From Octopus vulgaris (taxonomy: Eukaryota): a stretch of 64,000 nucleotides of DNA. The notes beneath the pieces are model-generated. The model made no database searches. It was not told the DNA's origin and saw only the letters and a program-made list of their open reading frames with translations. A program made the position numbers and the translations under genes. The stretch covers positions 12,710,001 to 12,774,000 of the forward strand of contig OX597835.1 in the NCBI GenBank assembly GCA_951406725.2. Direction: 5' to 3'. Every line of letters begins with the position of its first letter. Positions within the stretch are counted from its first letter, which is position 1. Positions 26,537 to 39,128 of this stretch are shown one piece after another.

Positions 26537-29500
26537 AGTGACTAGCAACAAGCCAACATGCAAGTGAGTCAGCTTAGGCTATGCAGATGTGATGTACTAA
26601 CAGGAATCAGTGGTTAGCAAGCCAACGTGCAAGTGAGTCAGCTTAGGCTATGCAGATGTGATGTACTAACAGGAATCAGTGGTTAGCAAGCCAACGTTCA
26701 AGTGAGTCAGCTTAGGCTATGCAGATGTGAGGTACTAACAGGAATCAGTGGTTAGCAAGCCAACGTTCAAGTGAGTCAGCTTAGGCTATGCAGATGTGAT
26801 GTACTAACAGCAATCAGTGACTAGCAAGCCAACGTTCAAGTGAGTCAGCTTAGGCCATGCAGATGTGATGTACTAACAGCAATCAGTGACTAGCAAGCCA
26901 ACGTTCAAGTGAGTCAGCTTAGGCTATGCAGATGTGATGTACTAACAGCAATCAGTGACTAGCAAGCCAACGTTCAAGTGAGTCAGCTTAGGCTATGCAG
27001 ATGTGATGTACTAACAGCAATCAGTGACTAGCAAGCCAACGTTCAAGTGAGTCAGCTTAGGCTATGCAGATGTGATGTACTAACAGGAATCAGTGGTTAG
27101 CAAGCCAACGTTCAAGTGAGTCAGCTTAAGCTATGCAGATGTGATGTGCTAACAGGAATCAGTGGTTAGCAAGCCAACGTTCAAGTGAGTCAGCTTAGGC
27201 TATGCAGATGTGATGTACTAACAGCAATCAGTGACTAGCAAGCCAACGTTCAAGTGAGTCAGCTTAGGCTATGCAGATGTGATGTACTAACAGGAATCAG
27301 TGGTTAGCAAGCCAACGTTCAAGTGAGTCAGCTTAAGCTATGCAGATGTGATGTGCTAACAGGAATCAGTGGTTAGCAAGCCAACGTTCAAGTGAGTCAG
27401 CTTAAGCTATGCAGATGTGATGTACTAACAGGAATCAGTGGTTAGCAAGCCAACGTTCAAGTGAGTCAGCTTAGGCTATGCAGATGTGATGTGCTAACAG
27501 GAATCAGTGGTTAGCAAGCCAACGTTCAAGTGAGTCAGCTTAAGCTATGCAGATGTGATGTGCTAACAGCAATCAGTGGTTAGCAAGCCAACGTTCAAGT
27601 GAGTCAGCTTAAGCTATGCAGATGTGATGTACTAACAGGAATCAGTGGTTAGCAAGCCAACGTTCAAGTGAGTCAGCTTAAGCTATGCAGATGTGATGTA
27701 CTAACAGCAATCAGTGACTAGCAAGCCAACGTTCAAGTGAGTCAGCTTAGGCTATGCAGATGTGATGTATTAACAGCAATCAGTGACTAGCAAGCCAACG
27801 TTCAAGTGAGTCAGCTTAGGCTATGCAGATGTGATGTACTAACAGCAATCAGTGACTAGCAAGCCAACGTTCAAGTGAGTCAGCTTAGGCCATGCAGATG
27901 TGATGTACTAACAGGAATCAGTGACTAGCATGCCAACGTTCAAGTGAGTCAGCTTAGGCTATGCAGATGTGATGTACTAACAGCAATCAGTGACTAGCAA
28001 GCCAACGTTCAAGTGAGTCAGCTTAAGCTATGCAGATGTGATGTACTAACAGCAATCAGTGACTAGCAAGCCAACGTTCAAGTGAGTCAGCTTAGGCTAT
28101 GCAGATGTGATGTACTAACAGCAATCAGTGACTAGCAAGCCAACGTTCAAGTGAGTCAGCTTAAGCTATGCAGATGTGATGTACTAACAGCAATCAGTGA
28201 CTAGCATGCCAACGTTCAAGTGAGTCAGCTCAGGCCATGCAGATGTGATGTACTAACAGCAATCAGTGACTAGCAAGCCAACGTTCAAGTGAGTCAGCTT
28301 AGGCTATGCAGATGTGATGTACTAACAGGAATCAGTGACTAGCAAGCCAACGTTCAAGTGAGTCAGCTTAGGCTATGCAGATGTGATGTACTAACAGCAA
28401 TCAGTGACTAGCAAGCCAACGTTCAAGTGAGTCAGCTTAGGCTATGTAGATGTGATGTACTAACAGGAATCAGTGGTTAGCAAGTCAACGTTCAAGTGAG
28501 TCAGCTTAGGCTATGCAGATGTGATGTACTAACAGCAATCAGTGACTAGCAAGCCAACGTTCAAGTGAGTCAGCTTAGGCTATGCAGATGTGATGTACTA
28601 ACAGGAATCAGTGGTTAGCAAGCCAACGTTCAAGTGAGTCAGCTTAGGCTATGCAGATGTGATGTACTAACAGGAATCAGTGGTTAGCAAGTCAACGTTC
28701 AAGTGAGTCAGCTTAGGCTATGCAGATGTGATGTACTAACAGGAATCAGTGGTTAGCAAGCCAACGTTCAAGTGAGTCAGCTTAGGCTATGCAGATGTGA
28801 TGTACTAACAGCAATCAGTGACTAGCAAGCCAACGTTCAAGTGAGTCAGCTTAGGCTATGCAGATGTGATGTGCTAACAGGAATCAGTGGTTAGCAAGCC
28901 AACGTTCAAGTGAGTCAGCTTAGGCTATGCAGATGTGATGTGCTAACAGGAATCAGTGGTTAGCAAGCCAACGTTCAAGTGAGTCAGCTTAGGCCATGCA
29001 GATGTGATGTACTAACAGCAATCAGTGACTAGCAAGCCAACGTTCAAGTGAGTCAGCTTAGGCTATGCAGATGTGATGTGCTAACAGGAATCAGTGGTTA
29101 GCAAGCCAACGTTCAAGTGAGTCAGCTTAGGCTATGCAGATGTGATGTACTAACAGCAATCAGTGACTAGCAAGCCAACGTTCAAGTGAGTCAGCTTAGG
29201 CTATGCAGATGTGATGTGCTAACAGAAATCAGTGGTTAGCAAGCCTACGTTCAAGTGAGTCAGCTTAGGCCATGCAGATGTGATGTACTAACAGCAATCA
29301 GTGACTAGCAAGCCAACGTTCAAGTGAGTCAGCTTAGGCTATGCAGATGTGATGTGCTAACAGGAATCAGTGGTTAGCAAGCCAACGTTCAAGTGAGTCA
29401 GCTTAGGCTATGCAGATGTGATGTACTAACAGGAATCAGTGGTTAGCAAGCCAACGTTCAAGTGAGTCAGCTTAGGCTATGCAGATGTGATGTACTAACA

Positions 29501-29860
29501 GCAATCAGTGACTAGCATGCCAACGTTCAAGTGAGTCAGCTTAGGCTATGCAGATGTGATGTACTAACAGCAATCAGTGGTTAGCAAGCCAACGTTCAAG
29601 TGAGTCAGCTTAGGCTATGCAGATGTGATGTACTAACAGGAATCAGTGGTTAGCAAGCCAACGTGCAAGGGAGTCAGCTTAGGCTATGCAGATGTGATGT
29701 GCTAACAGGAATCAGTGGTTATCAAGCCAACGTTCAAGTGAGTCAGCTTAGGCTATGCAGATGTGATGTACTAACAGGAATCAGTGGTTAGCAAGCCAAC
29801 GTTCAAGTGAGTCAGCTTAGGCTATGCAGATGTGATGTATTGACAGGAATCAATGGTTAA
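26537..29860 (+). repeat. 69-bp tandem array 2, about 48 highly homogeneous units
   Basis: Unit gcaagccaacgttcaagtgagtcagcttaggctatgcagatgtgatgtactaacag(c/g)aatcagtg(ac/gt)ta; stops in all six frames. Confidence 0.98.
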
Positions 29861-29894
29861 CACGGTTCATGAATATTTCCTTCAACCTAATATA

Positions 29895-30090
29895 TTGGTT
29901 TCAAATTTTGGTATGAGGACAGCAACTTGAGGAGAGGGAATAAGTCGACTACATCGACCTTCCTCCAACCCAGTGTTTAACTGGTACTTATTTTATCGAC
30001 CCTGAAGAAAGGCTGAAAAACAAACTCGACCTAGGTTGAATTTGAACGTTAAGACGGACGAAATACTGCTAAGCATTTCGCCCAGCTTGC
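29895..30090 (-). mobile_element. SINE family B copy
   Basis: ctggtacttattttatcgaccc...gacgaaatactgctaagcatttcgcccag. Confidence 0.7.
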
Positions 30091-31326
30091 TACCTATGAG
30101 AGAAATATTGAAAATTTAGGTAGGGTAGATGCTAATTGTGAAGCACATTCTTTCCGGATAGTAGAAAGGACAAAGATGGAACTGGTTGCTTGGAGAAGTT
30201 TATATAATTAGCGTTTGTGGTGGTGGTGGTGAGGTGAGAAGAGAAAGGGGTGTTTGGATAGAGGTTGCTTATATGTGTGCGTGCATGACCATCTGTGTGT
30301 GTATGTTCGTGCAGAATGAGAAGCCATTCGACAATGTTTCATTAACTAATCTGACAGAAAAATAAATCACTTAATAGATGATACCTCAGACAACATTTAA
30401 AATTATTTGTGATAGATTCAGGCTGGAGAGAAATTTCAGAACAGCTGAGAACAACATTAGAAAATAACAAGTTTAATAGCAAACATCTATTAATTTATCA
30501 ACGTAACAAAACTTACCAAGTTTCCCTTAGGAGCGGAAATTTATTGATTAAATAATAATAATAATGATAATAGTACTATATTATTCTATCAAGTTCAATA
30601 CATTGGACTAATACTGTCCTTCGGCTAACTTACTTTCATTACTAACTTCTTAATTTCTTTGAATGAAAATAAGAGAATAATGTTTCCGTCAAGAGTAACA
30701 ATCTGTAGACACCAGGGTAATATTAAAATGAATTCTTTCAATATATTCTCTTGAAAAGAAGTTAAATTGAATTTCAATCACAAAATGAAGAGATAAATAT
30801 GCTGTCGTTAATTCCTTGTTGCTTTACCATTGTTTTGTCCCTGATAGATCGTCGAAAGTGGCAAAGTCAATGTTAGTGTTGAATCATCAATTGTAATGTC
30901 TCGTCTGCCATTCACATCCTGTCACTGGTGCTGCACTGTTTCCGCTGCCAAAAATATTTGACTCTGTTCGCTGCAAATGGATACCTTTCATAATGCTTTA
31001 TAGGAAATTCCTAAATCTGAAAAATCTTTCATTGCTGAGTTAATTATTTTTTTTTTGAGCGAGAGAAGTACCACAAATGAAAAATTCCTGAAAGCACTCA
31101 TAAAGGCTGGTTTAAAGAAAAGGGTGTATTGTAGATGAACATAAAATGAATGCTAATAAAAGTGAAAGCGTTGTGTAGCTGTTTTTCATGGATGACAGAC
31201 TGAAGAGGTGCAGTTGGTTCGGTGAAACATAAAATGTTCCCAAAATGAATCTGTTACATATTGTGCGAAACTGTTGTAGTGCCAAATTTATATAAATACT
31301 ACTTTCATGTTATATATAAGAGGATA

Positions 31327-31480
31327 GGCGCAGGAGTGGCTGTGTGGTAAGTAGCTTGTTTACCAACCACATGGTTCTGGGTTCAGTCCCACTGCGTGGC
31401 ACCTTGGGAAAGTGCCTTCTACTATAGCCTCGGGCCGACCAAAGCATGTATATATATATATGCGTGTGTGTGTTTGTCCC
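31327..31480 (+). mobile_element. SINE family A 5' part
   Basis: ggcgcaggagtggctgtgtggtaagtagcttg...cgggccgaccaaagc. Confidence 0.85.
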
Positions 31481-31499
31481 GCTGGCAGCGCCTCTAACG

Positions 31500-31848
31500 G
31501 GTGAGGCGCTGTTAGAATTTTCTTCAGGTCGATTAGGCCATCCTACTCAAAAGATCCTTGAATAAGGGTCATTTAAGGATGTTGAACGAATTGGCCACAT
31601 TTCCAGAGGTGAATTATTCAAACCCCAAAGAATACCTCAACACATGGCTATAATGTTCCCCTACTACTTGTGGTTGTGATCAGACATGTATATATCATCA
31701 GCCACTAAGGGACATGCTCAACTGGTTAAGGTCAGACAACTGACAAACAAATCTGTGGTATTGGTCAGAATATTTGCTGTAGCACATCTTTTATACCAAG
31801 ACAAAACACTGTACATGATAGCACTTCCAATCAGTTAAGATGAGAAGA
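31500..31848 (+). mobile_element. Repeat family E partial copy
   Basis: Aligns by eye to 15675-16025 (ccagaggtgaa..ttcaaaccccaaagaat...cagccactaagggacatgctcaactggttaaggtc). Confidence 0.75.
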
Positions 31849-32041
31849 CAGAGGTCCGATGCTCTTGTGTTTCATATATTCATTTTCACTGAGTTAGTCT
31901 TCAGTGCCTGGACCTAGGCCGCGATGATTAGGCTTTCATTATTCTTTTTTAGGTCACCCTTCTGAAGCCACCTCCATGATGCTCTCTGGTCTTTTAATTT
32001 GTTGGTTCCCACGGTGGAACTGACCATGTAATTCCATACAG

Positions 32042-32115
<74 letters not shown>

Positions 32116-32502
32116 TACTATTTATATAGTCGATTCAACCGTTGGACACAATCAACCAAAGAAATAAATTTGCTGCCACTGTCAAAGCACAGGATCGAAA
32201 CATGAAATATGGGATTTTTGTCAAGAGATAGTTTGTCGATAAACAAAATAAAAGTAAAAAAAAAAAAAAAAAAAGGAAGAAAAGAAAAAAAATATCGATG
32301 TGTTATTGATTTTAATGTATTTGATGTTCGATTTTTAAGTTTTGCAAACAAACGGCATGGAATTGTGCATTTGAATGTTTGATGTAAAAATATTTCACGA
32401 TAAATATATCAACGCTTCTTGTGGCGGTTCTGCTGCATGCCGGAACAATGATTGCCGTAAACTCAATTGGTTCTTTTGTCTCCTTTCTTCCTTCCACACA
32501 GA

Positions 32503-32503
32503 C

Positions 32504-32565
<62 letters not shown>

Positions 32566-33117
32566 GTACTCGCGCCTGTATACGTTTGTCTTTGTACACG
32601 TCTGTATATATATGTGTGTGTGTGTGTGGTTGTGCACGTGTGTATATGTGTATGTATGTATGTATGTATGTATGTATGTATGTATGTATGTATGTGTGTA
32701 TGTATATATGTATGTATGTATGTATGTATATATGTATATATGTATGTATGTATGTATATATGTATATATATATGTATGTATGTGTGTGTATGTATATATA
32801 TGTGTGTGTGTATGTCTTTGTGTTGTGTTTGTGCAAGTGTTGTGTGTGCGTGTATGTGTGTTTGTGTACGTGTGTGTATGTGTATGTGTGCATGTGTGTG
32901 TGTGTGCTCGCGCGTGTATACGTTTGTCTTTGTGCACGTGTGTATATATATGTGTATGTGTTTGTGCACGTGTGTGTATGTGTACGTGTATGTATGTATG
33001 TACGTACGAATGTATGTATGTATGTATGTGTGAGTGTATGTATCTGTGTGCGTATGTTTTTGCGTTGTGTTTGCGCAAGTGTTGTGCGTGTGTGCGTGTA
33101 TGTGTGTGTGTGTGTGT

Positions 33118-33160
<43 letters not shown>
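32503..33160. repeat. (TG)n/(TATG)n microsatellite field with an internal ~340-bp duplication
   Basis: ctcgcg.tgtatacgtttgtctttgt.cacgt occurs at ~32569 and ~32907. Confidence 0.85.
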
Positions 33161-33162
<2 letters not shown>

Positions 33163-34407
33163 CTATCAAGTGACATTCGTTGAAAAGAAAAAAAAAAAAG
33201 ACAATCATTGAAATTCTGAGCTCTGCCAAAATCTACAGTGTATAAAACGAAACGAAACGATGACCAACAAATAGAAATAAAAAAAAAAGAAAGAAAAATA
33301 GATAAAAATATATGAAACAAAAGTTTAAAATAAAGGAACGAATAAATAAATAAATAAATAAATAATGAAACATCATTCCAATCTAGAAATGGAATTTATG
33401 GTAAATTCTAACGATGTCAGTTTAGGGGAAAAAGAAGAGAAAATTAAGGCTGCTTTCATGAAGAAATCAGTGAATTTTCCCAACCATGAAAGATGTGTAA
33501 TATTCTCTGGCATCCATCATTTTCGAACGAAAGGGCTTTCTTTCGTCTTTCTGATCATTTCGTGGATAACTAAATTGATTGATATTCCAGTAGAATTGAG
33601 TGAGTGCATAAAAGTAAGGCTGGAATGATAACGTCTGTTTCAATTAAAAGAAAAATGGTAGTAGTGGAGGGGAGAAAAAAAAAGGGTGAAAAACAAAATA
33701 ATAAACGAATAAACTGGGAAGGAAGTATGGCACCATGGAAGAAGATGAAAATATAAGGAAATTGTCTTTGGAACTGATGTGGTTTCGAGATAGGTAACGA
33801 CAGGAAAGGAGGACAGGTGTAGCCAAGAGAGAGAGAGAGATATGTTAGAGTAATGGCGTAGAAATGACGAATTTTTTTTTCTTTTATTGAGGGAGATGAT
33901 TGGTTGAAGGAGAAATAGGGAACTGATACATAAAACAAAAGGAATTATGTAAAACACACACACAAAAAAACATGAAATAGATAAGTAGAAGAAACATTAT
34001 TATCAAATAATAGTTCTTTTTTTTTTTTGGTTTCCAATCACTTCAAGGCAGTCGATAATATTCTGAATTCTTTTCCCTTTATGAAGAAATACAGTTATTC
34101 ACGTAGGAGAGAACAGTATATACTAAATCAATTCCAATATATAATTGATTCCTTCTTTTATTGATTTCTAAGAGAGAGAGGTGGGCTGAAATGAAAGGCG
34201 GAGTTGCCTCTGATGGCGTTTGTCTGGACAAAAAAAGCAGCGAACACAAAACCAAACCAAATATTGTAAATGCGATTTGATTCTCAGAAGCAGGGAAAAG
34301 TGTTGCTGCCGTTTGGAGTTATTGAGTCAGGTATCAGCGATCCAATATTTGTTCTTTATTTGGTCAGACCTCTTCCTCCTCCTCCTCCTCCTCCTCCTCC
34401 TCCTCCT

Positions 34408-35000
34408 CATCATCATCATCATCATCATCATCATTTAATGCCTGCTGTCCATGCTGGCATGGGTTGTACGGTTTGACCAGAGCCGGCAAGGTTGGAAGCT
34501 GCCCCAGGCTCCAGTCTGATTTAGAATGGTTTCTACGGCCGGATGCCCTTCCTAACGTCAACCACTTTACAGGGTATGCTGCGCACTTCTACGTGGCACC
34601 ATACAAGACCCTCTATATGGCACTGGTACAAGTGCTTTTTACGTGGCACCGGTACAGGACTCTTGCAGGCCAATCCACTTTACCAGGGGGTTGGGGTGGA
34701 AGTGGCCTTAACACTTCTGCTGTGGAGGACGGGTCCTCTTGAGTACAGCAAGGCACCAGGTATTTTGGTCTTTTTTTATCTTGTCTGAAATGTTCAGCGA
34801 CCTGAAGTCATCCTTGAGTGCTTCGACCCGCATCTTCCTGGGTCTCCCTCTTCTACGTTTTCCATCTAATTTGAGAGATCAGCACTGTTTTATGAAGCTG
34901 CCAGCATCTATCAGCATCACCAGTGCAGTTTTCTCTCTTGCACACTGTATCACACTGTATCTAATTCCTCTTATACCTAACTTCTCTCTCAATACACTAG
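34408..35000 (-). mobile_element. RTE LINE 3' remnant carrying the family C tail
   Basis: Minus-strand FIKQC*SLKLDGKRRRGRPRKMRVEALKDDFRSLNI upstream of the family C 3' tail and (CAT)n. Confidence 0.75.
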
Positions 35001-35094
35001 CACTCTGTTTGTCCCATCCACCCATCCACTCACTTATTATTTAGTCAGGCACCAGCTGTCCAGCATCGTAATTTGGTCAGACATCAGCTATTCA

Positions 35095-35410
35095 ATAGAT
35101 CGACCAATTACTTCAAGGACATGCGGAAAGCGGCATTGAAGAGCTTTGAGATCAACCCCCAACACCTGGGAATCACAATCACTAGGGAACTTACTCTGCC
35201 AGGCGATGCTGCACCAGCAGTGATGCCACGTCCTGCGAACAGAACAAGGATTGTAGAAGCACGAAGAAAATGCGAACTGTGCAAGTTCAGAAATAACTCT
35301 TTTGCCTTCAGCTCCTGCCAGCCACCCGTGCCCAACCTACGCCGGACACATCGTGCCCCGTCTTCTTCTTTGGGCTTTCCTTGGTCATCGCTGACAACGA
35401 CGGAGGACAA
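35095..35410 (+). mobile_element. RTE-BovB-like LINE 3' remnant
   Basis: FKDMRKAALKSFEINP..TWE...RIVEARRKCELCK and 3' end ggtcatcgctgacaacgacgga; frameshifted. Confidence 0.65.
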
Positions 35411-36004
35411 TTATTATTGTTTCATTACTTTTTTTCTCTTTTCAAACTTTGCAAACTCAAAAGTTGTCTGTTCAGAGTAATTGCTTCGGTGACCGCCGTC
35501 ATCATTATCGTGACTCTTGCGTCCCTCGTGGGCCTTGCCCGTGTTGTGCCACTGTCTGCTAGTAGTTTACACATGAGTGACCACTGCACTGCAATCTAGT
35601 TGATGTAATGTTCCAGTTGCATGCAAGAATGGTCTAAGGTCAAACTTCATATATATATACACACATTACACACTCAGAGATACACACACACATAAATACA
35701 CACATACACACACACATATACACACACATATACACATACACACGCACATACATACACAGGTACACATAAAAACACTCACAGACACACAGACATACGCACA
35801 CATTCGCATACACAAACGTTCGCGCGCGCACACACATACACACATACACACACATATACTCACAATCACTCGCACACTCACACATAAACACTCACAAATA
35901 CACAAACATACACACACACACACACACAGAGTCACATGCGCATCAGTACACACACTTGCACACATACAGGCAACCACTCGCAGACACACACACACGCACA
36001 CACA

Positions 36005-36035
<31 letters not shown>

Positions 36036-36379
36036 GAGAATTACACACACACCCAGAGAAAATATAAAATGTCTCACCTCTCTCTCTCTCTCTCTCTCTC
36101 TCTCATGAACACCTACAAGTTGTATAATCTGGTTTAATGAGAAAAAACGGCAGGTGAGCACGTCTCTGTCTAAAGCCTGATATTCCATATTAGATATCAA
36201 ATATGGTAAGTGTTTACAGAAACAGTTCCGCTAAATAGCATCGGGGAACCACTTAGAATTAAAAACCCAAATTAATTAATTTTATTGGCACCAAAGCCCT
36301 CAACAAAAACACAATTTATTCCTCAGGGGTGATGTTGTTTGTTAACAGGAACGTAATGTTTGCTATCGTTTATACACAT

Positions 36380-36767
36380 GGAAGTACTCCGTCGGTTACG
36401 ACGATGAGGGTTCCGGTTGATCCGAATCAACGGAACAGCCTGCTCGTGAAATTAACGCGTAAGTGGCTGAGCACTCCACAGACACGTGCACCCTTAACGT
36501 AGTTCTCGGGGATATTCAGCGTGACACAGAGAGTGACAAGGCCGGCCCCTTGAAATACAGGTACAACAGAAACAGGAAGTAAGAGTGAGAGAAAGTTGTG
36601 GTGAAAGAGTACAGCAGGGATCACCACCATCCCCTGCCGGAGCCTCGTGGAGCTTTTTTAGGTGTTTTCGCTCAATAAACACTCACAACGCCCGGCCTGG
36701 GAATCGAAACCGCGATCCTATGATCGCAAGTCCGCTGCCCTAACCACTGGGCCATTGCGCCTCCACA
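36380..36767 (-). mobile_element. Intact tRNA-derived SINE family D with 11-bp TSD
   Basis: Head ggcgcaatggcccagtggttagggcagcggac...ggtttcgattccc (A/B boxes); perfect TSD tttatacacat at 36369-36379 and 36768-36778. Confidence 0.9.
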
Positions 36768-37016
36768 TTTATACACATACGTCTCGGAAGTCAATAGACA
36801 CCATCGTGTTTTGAAAGATTCGTTTCTAGAAACGAAATAATGCCGTTTGGTGGTTCTACGTAATGGTCGGTTGAGTATTTCGCAGACAAGCGTTGTGCTG
36901 GGTTCTGATGATTTAAATGTTTGACTGGTTTGGGTATTGAACTAATAATGGGTGGTGGTCACCACAGGTGCGGCAGCAGTATTATGGGATGGGGTGTCTT
37001 ATTTATTTTTGAGACG

Positions 37017-37019
<3 letters not shown>

Positions 37020-37078
<59 letters not shown>

Positions 37079-37215
37079 TGTCTGTGTGTGTGTGGAGAAA
37101 GAGAAAAGGGGAGGAGGAGAGAAAAAGAAAAGGAAGAAGAGAGAAGGTGGAGGAGAAGAAGGAGGAGAAGAAGAAGAAGAAGAAGAAGAAGAAGAAGAAG
37201 AAGAAGAAGAAGAAG

Positions 37216-37245
<30 letters not shown>
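37020..37245. repeat. (TG)n and (GAA)n microsatellites
   Basis: Direct inspection. Confidence 0.95.
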
Positions 37246-37248
<3 letters not shown>

Positions 37249-38012
37249 AGGAGAAAGAAGATGGGGAGAAGAATGAGAAGGGGTGGGAAAGAAGAAAGAA
37301 TTGTCTACGGCACAGGTGTGTTTTTGTAGACCCTGACAGAGTAACCCTTGGCGGTATTTGAACTCAGAACACAGAAATAAACATTGCCAATAATTATATC
37401 CAATGTCCTAAAGAGTTCACCAATTCGCTGCTTATAATAGCAGCCAAATTATCCTCTTCAAATCGCACTTACCAATCTTAAAGATAAACGCAGACATTGA
37501 TAGGATGGTCAAAGATGGAGTGTCTTAGATTACAAGTCTGCTGGGGTCTTTGGTCTTTCAGTATTGTCTTTGATCTTTGGTCTTTAAGTTTGAAACAGTC
37601 AGCCTTACCTTTCACATCTGCAAGGCTTCAGGAAACCACGAACCAACATATTAAATGAAAGACAATTCAAACGGTGATATATTTCCTCCTTTTCAAAAAC
37701 TGAAGTTTGATCTCAAAGAAATCAAACAGAATCAATAAAGATCGAGTGAACTATAACCCTAATATAATTTGTGACTTTATTCAAGAAAACTAGAAAGATT
37801 TTTGTGTGTCTTTAAGTCAGGGTTTTCAAAAGCAGAAAGATAAGCTACTCACTCGCGTGTTACTGGAATTGTGATTAATGTTGATAACCCGGTCTTGGTA
37901 ACATCTTGACCAAAGGGAAAGTGTTCCCAATGGGCAAAGATTTATAGATGTTCCATTCTTCTTAGGAAATAAAAAGGGAACTTTTATCATTTTTGTTTCT
38001 TAGTATTCTTCT

Positions 38013-38810
38013 GTTTCATTCAAGATTCTTGTTTCATTCAAAGATTCTTGTTTCATTCAAGGATTCTTGTTTCATTCAAGGATTCTTGTTTCATTCAAGG
38101 ACTCTTGTGTTTCATTCAAGGATTCTTGTGTTTCATTCAAAGATTCTTGTGTTTCATTCAAGGATTCTTGTGTTTCATTCAAAGATTCTTGTTTCATTCA
38201 AGGATTCTTGTTTCATTCAAGGATTCTTGTTTCATTCAAGGACTCTTGTTTCATTCAAGGATTCTTGTTTCATTCAAGGATTCTTGTTTCATTCAAGGAT
38301 TCTTGTTTCATTCAAGGATTCTTGTTTCATTCAAGGATTCTTGTTTCATTCAAAGATTCTTGTGTTTCATTCAAAGATTCTTGTGTTTCATTAAAAGATT
38401 CTTGTGTTTCATTCAAGGTTTCTTGTTTCATTCAAGGACTCTTGTGTTTCATTCGAGGACTCTTGTGTTTCATTCAAGGACTCTTGTGTTTCATTCAAAG
38501 ATTCTTGTTTCATTCAAAGATTCTTGTGTTTCATTCAAAGATTCTTGTTTCATTCAAGGACTCTTGTGTTTCATTCGAGGACTCTTGTGTTTCATTCAAG
38601 GATTTTTGTGTTTCATTCAAGGATTCTTGTTTCATTCAAGGACTCTTGTGTTTCATTCAAGGATTCTTGATTCATTCAAAGATACTTCTGTTTCATTCAA
38701 GGATTCTTGATTCATTCAAGGACTCTTGTGTTTCATTCAAGGATTCTTTTTGTTTCATTCAAAGATTCTTTTTGTTTCATTCAAGGAGTCTTGTGTTTCA
38801 TTCAAGGATA
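38013..38810. repeat. 19/21-bp minisatellite, about 40 units
   Basis: Unit tttcattcaa(g/a)ga(t/c)tcttg(tg); source of the FHSRIL/SFKDSC ORFs. Confidence 0.97.
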
Positions 38811-38910
38811 ATTACAAATCTTAAAATTTTTCCCCAGAAATTTCAATCTTTAAAAACATTTTTACATTTTAGCCCGCCATAATTTCTTATCCTTTCCCCA
38901 TGAAGTATAG

Positions 38911-39128
38911 CAGTGATTCCCAACGTGGGGCATACACCCCACCAGTGAGACCTGCGAAAATTGTGGCAGGGTATGGGATCCAAGTGCTTTTTTTTTCACA
39001 TGGAGTTGTGAAAATCTTTTTTCAGACCAAACATACTACACTTATACTTTTTTCCAACAACCAGTGGGGCATATATTTCTTTGGAAAGTTATAGAGGTGC
39101 CTGGGTGAAAATTGGCTGAGAAACATTG
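38911..39128. mobile_element. Possible old hAT-type MITE
   Basis: cagtgattcccaac ... gctgagaaacattg imperfect TIR (10/14); TSD not convincing. Confidence 0.35.

Noticed and set aside
26537-29860. CRISPR array (69-bp period is CRISPR-like)
   Set aside because: The whole unit repeats, there are no unique spacers, no cas genes, and the context is eukaryotic.
32312-33320. Long [12 protein letters not shown] ORFs (also at 7.6-9.6, 13.3, 21.3, 25, 44.7, 47.3, 52, 57 and 61-62 kb)
   Set aside because: Stop-free translations of di- and tetranucleotide microsatellites.
35430-35600. GC-richer segment with short minus-strand open frames
   Set aside because: Under 60 aa, no motif, no clear acceptor or donor.
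36690-36765. Functional tRNA gene (and likewise the other SINE heads)
   Set aside because: The tRNA-like head continues into a SINE body bounded by a TSD; no complete acceptor stem.
37993-38882. FHSRIL/SFKDSC repeat ORFs
   Set aside because: 19/21-bp units shift frame continually; minisatellite artefact.
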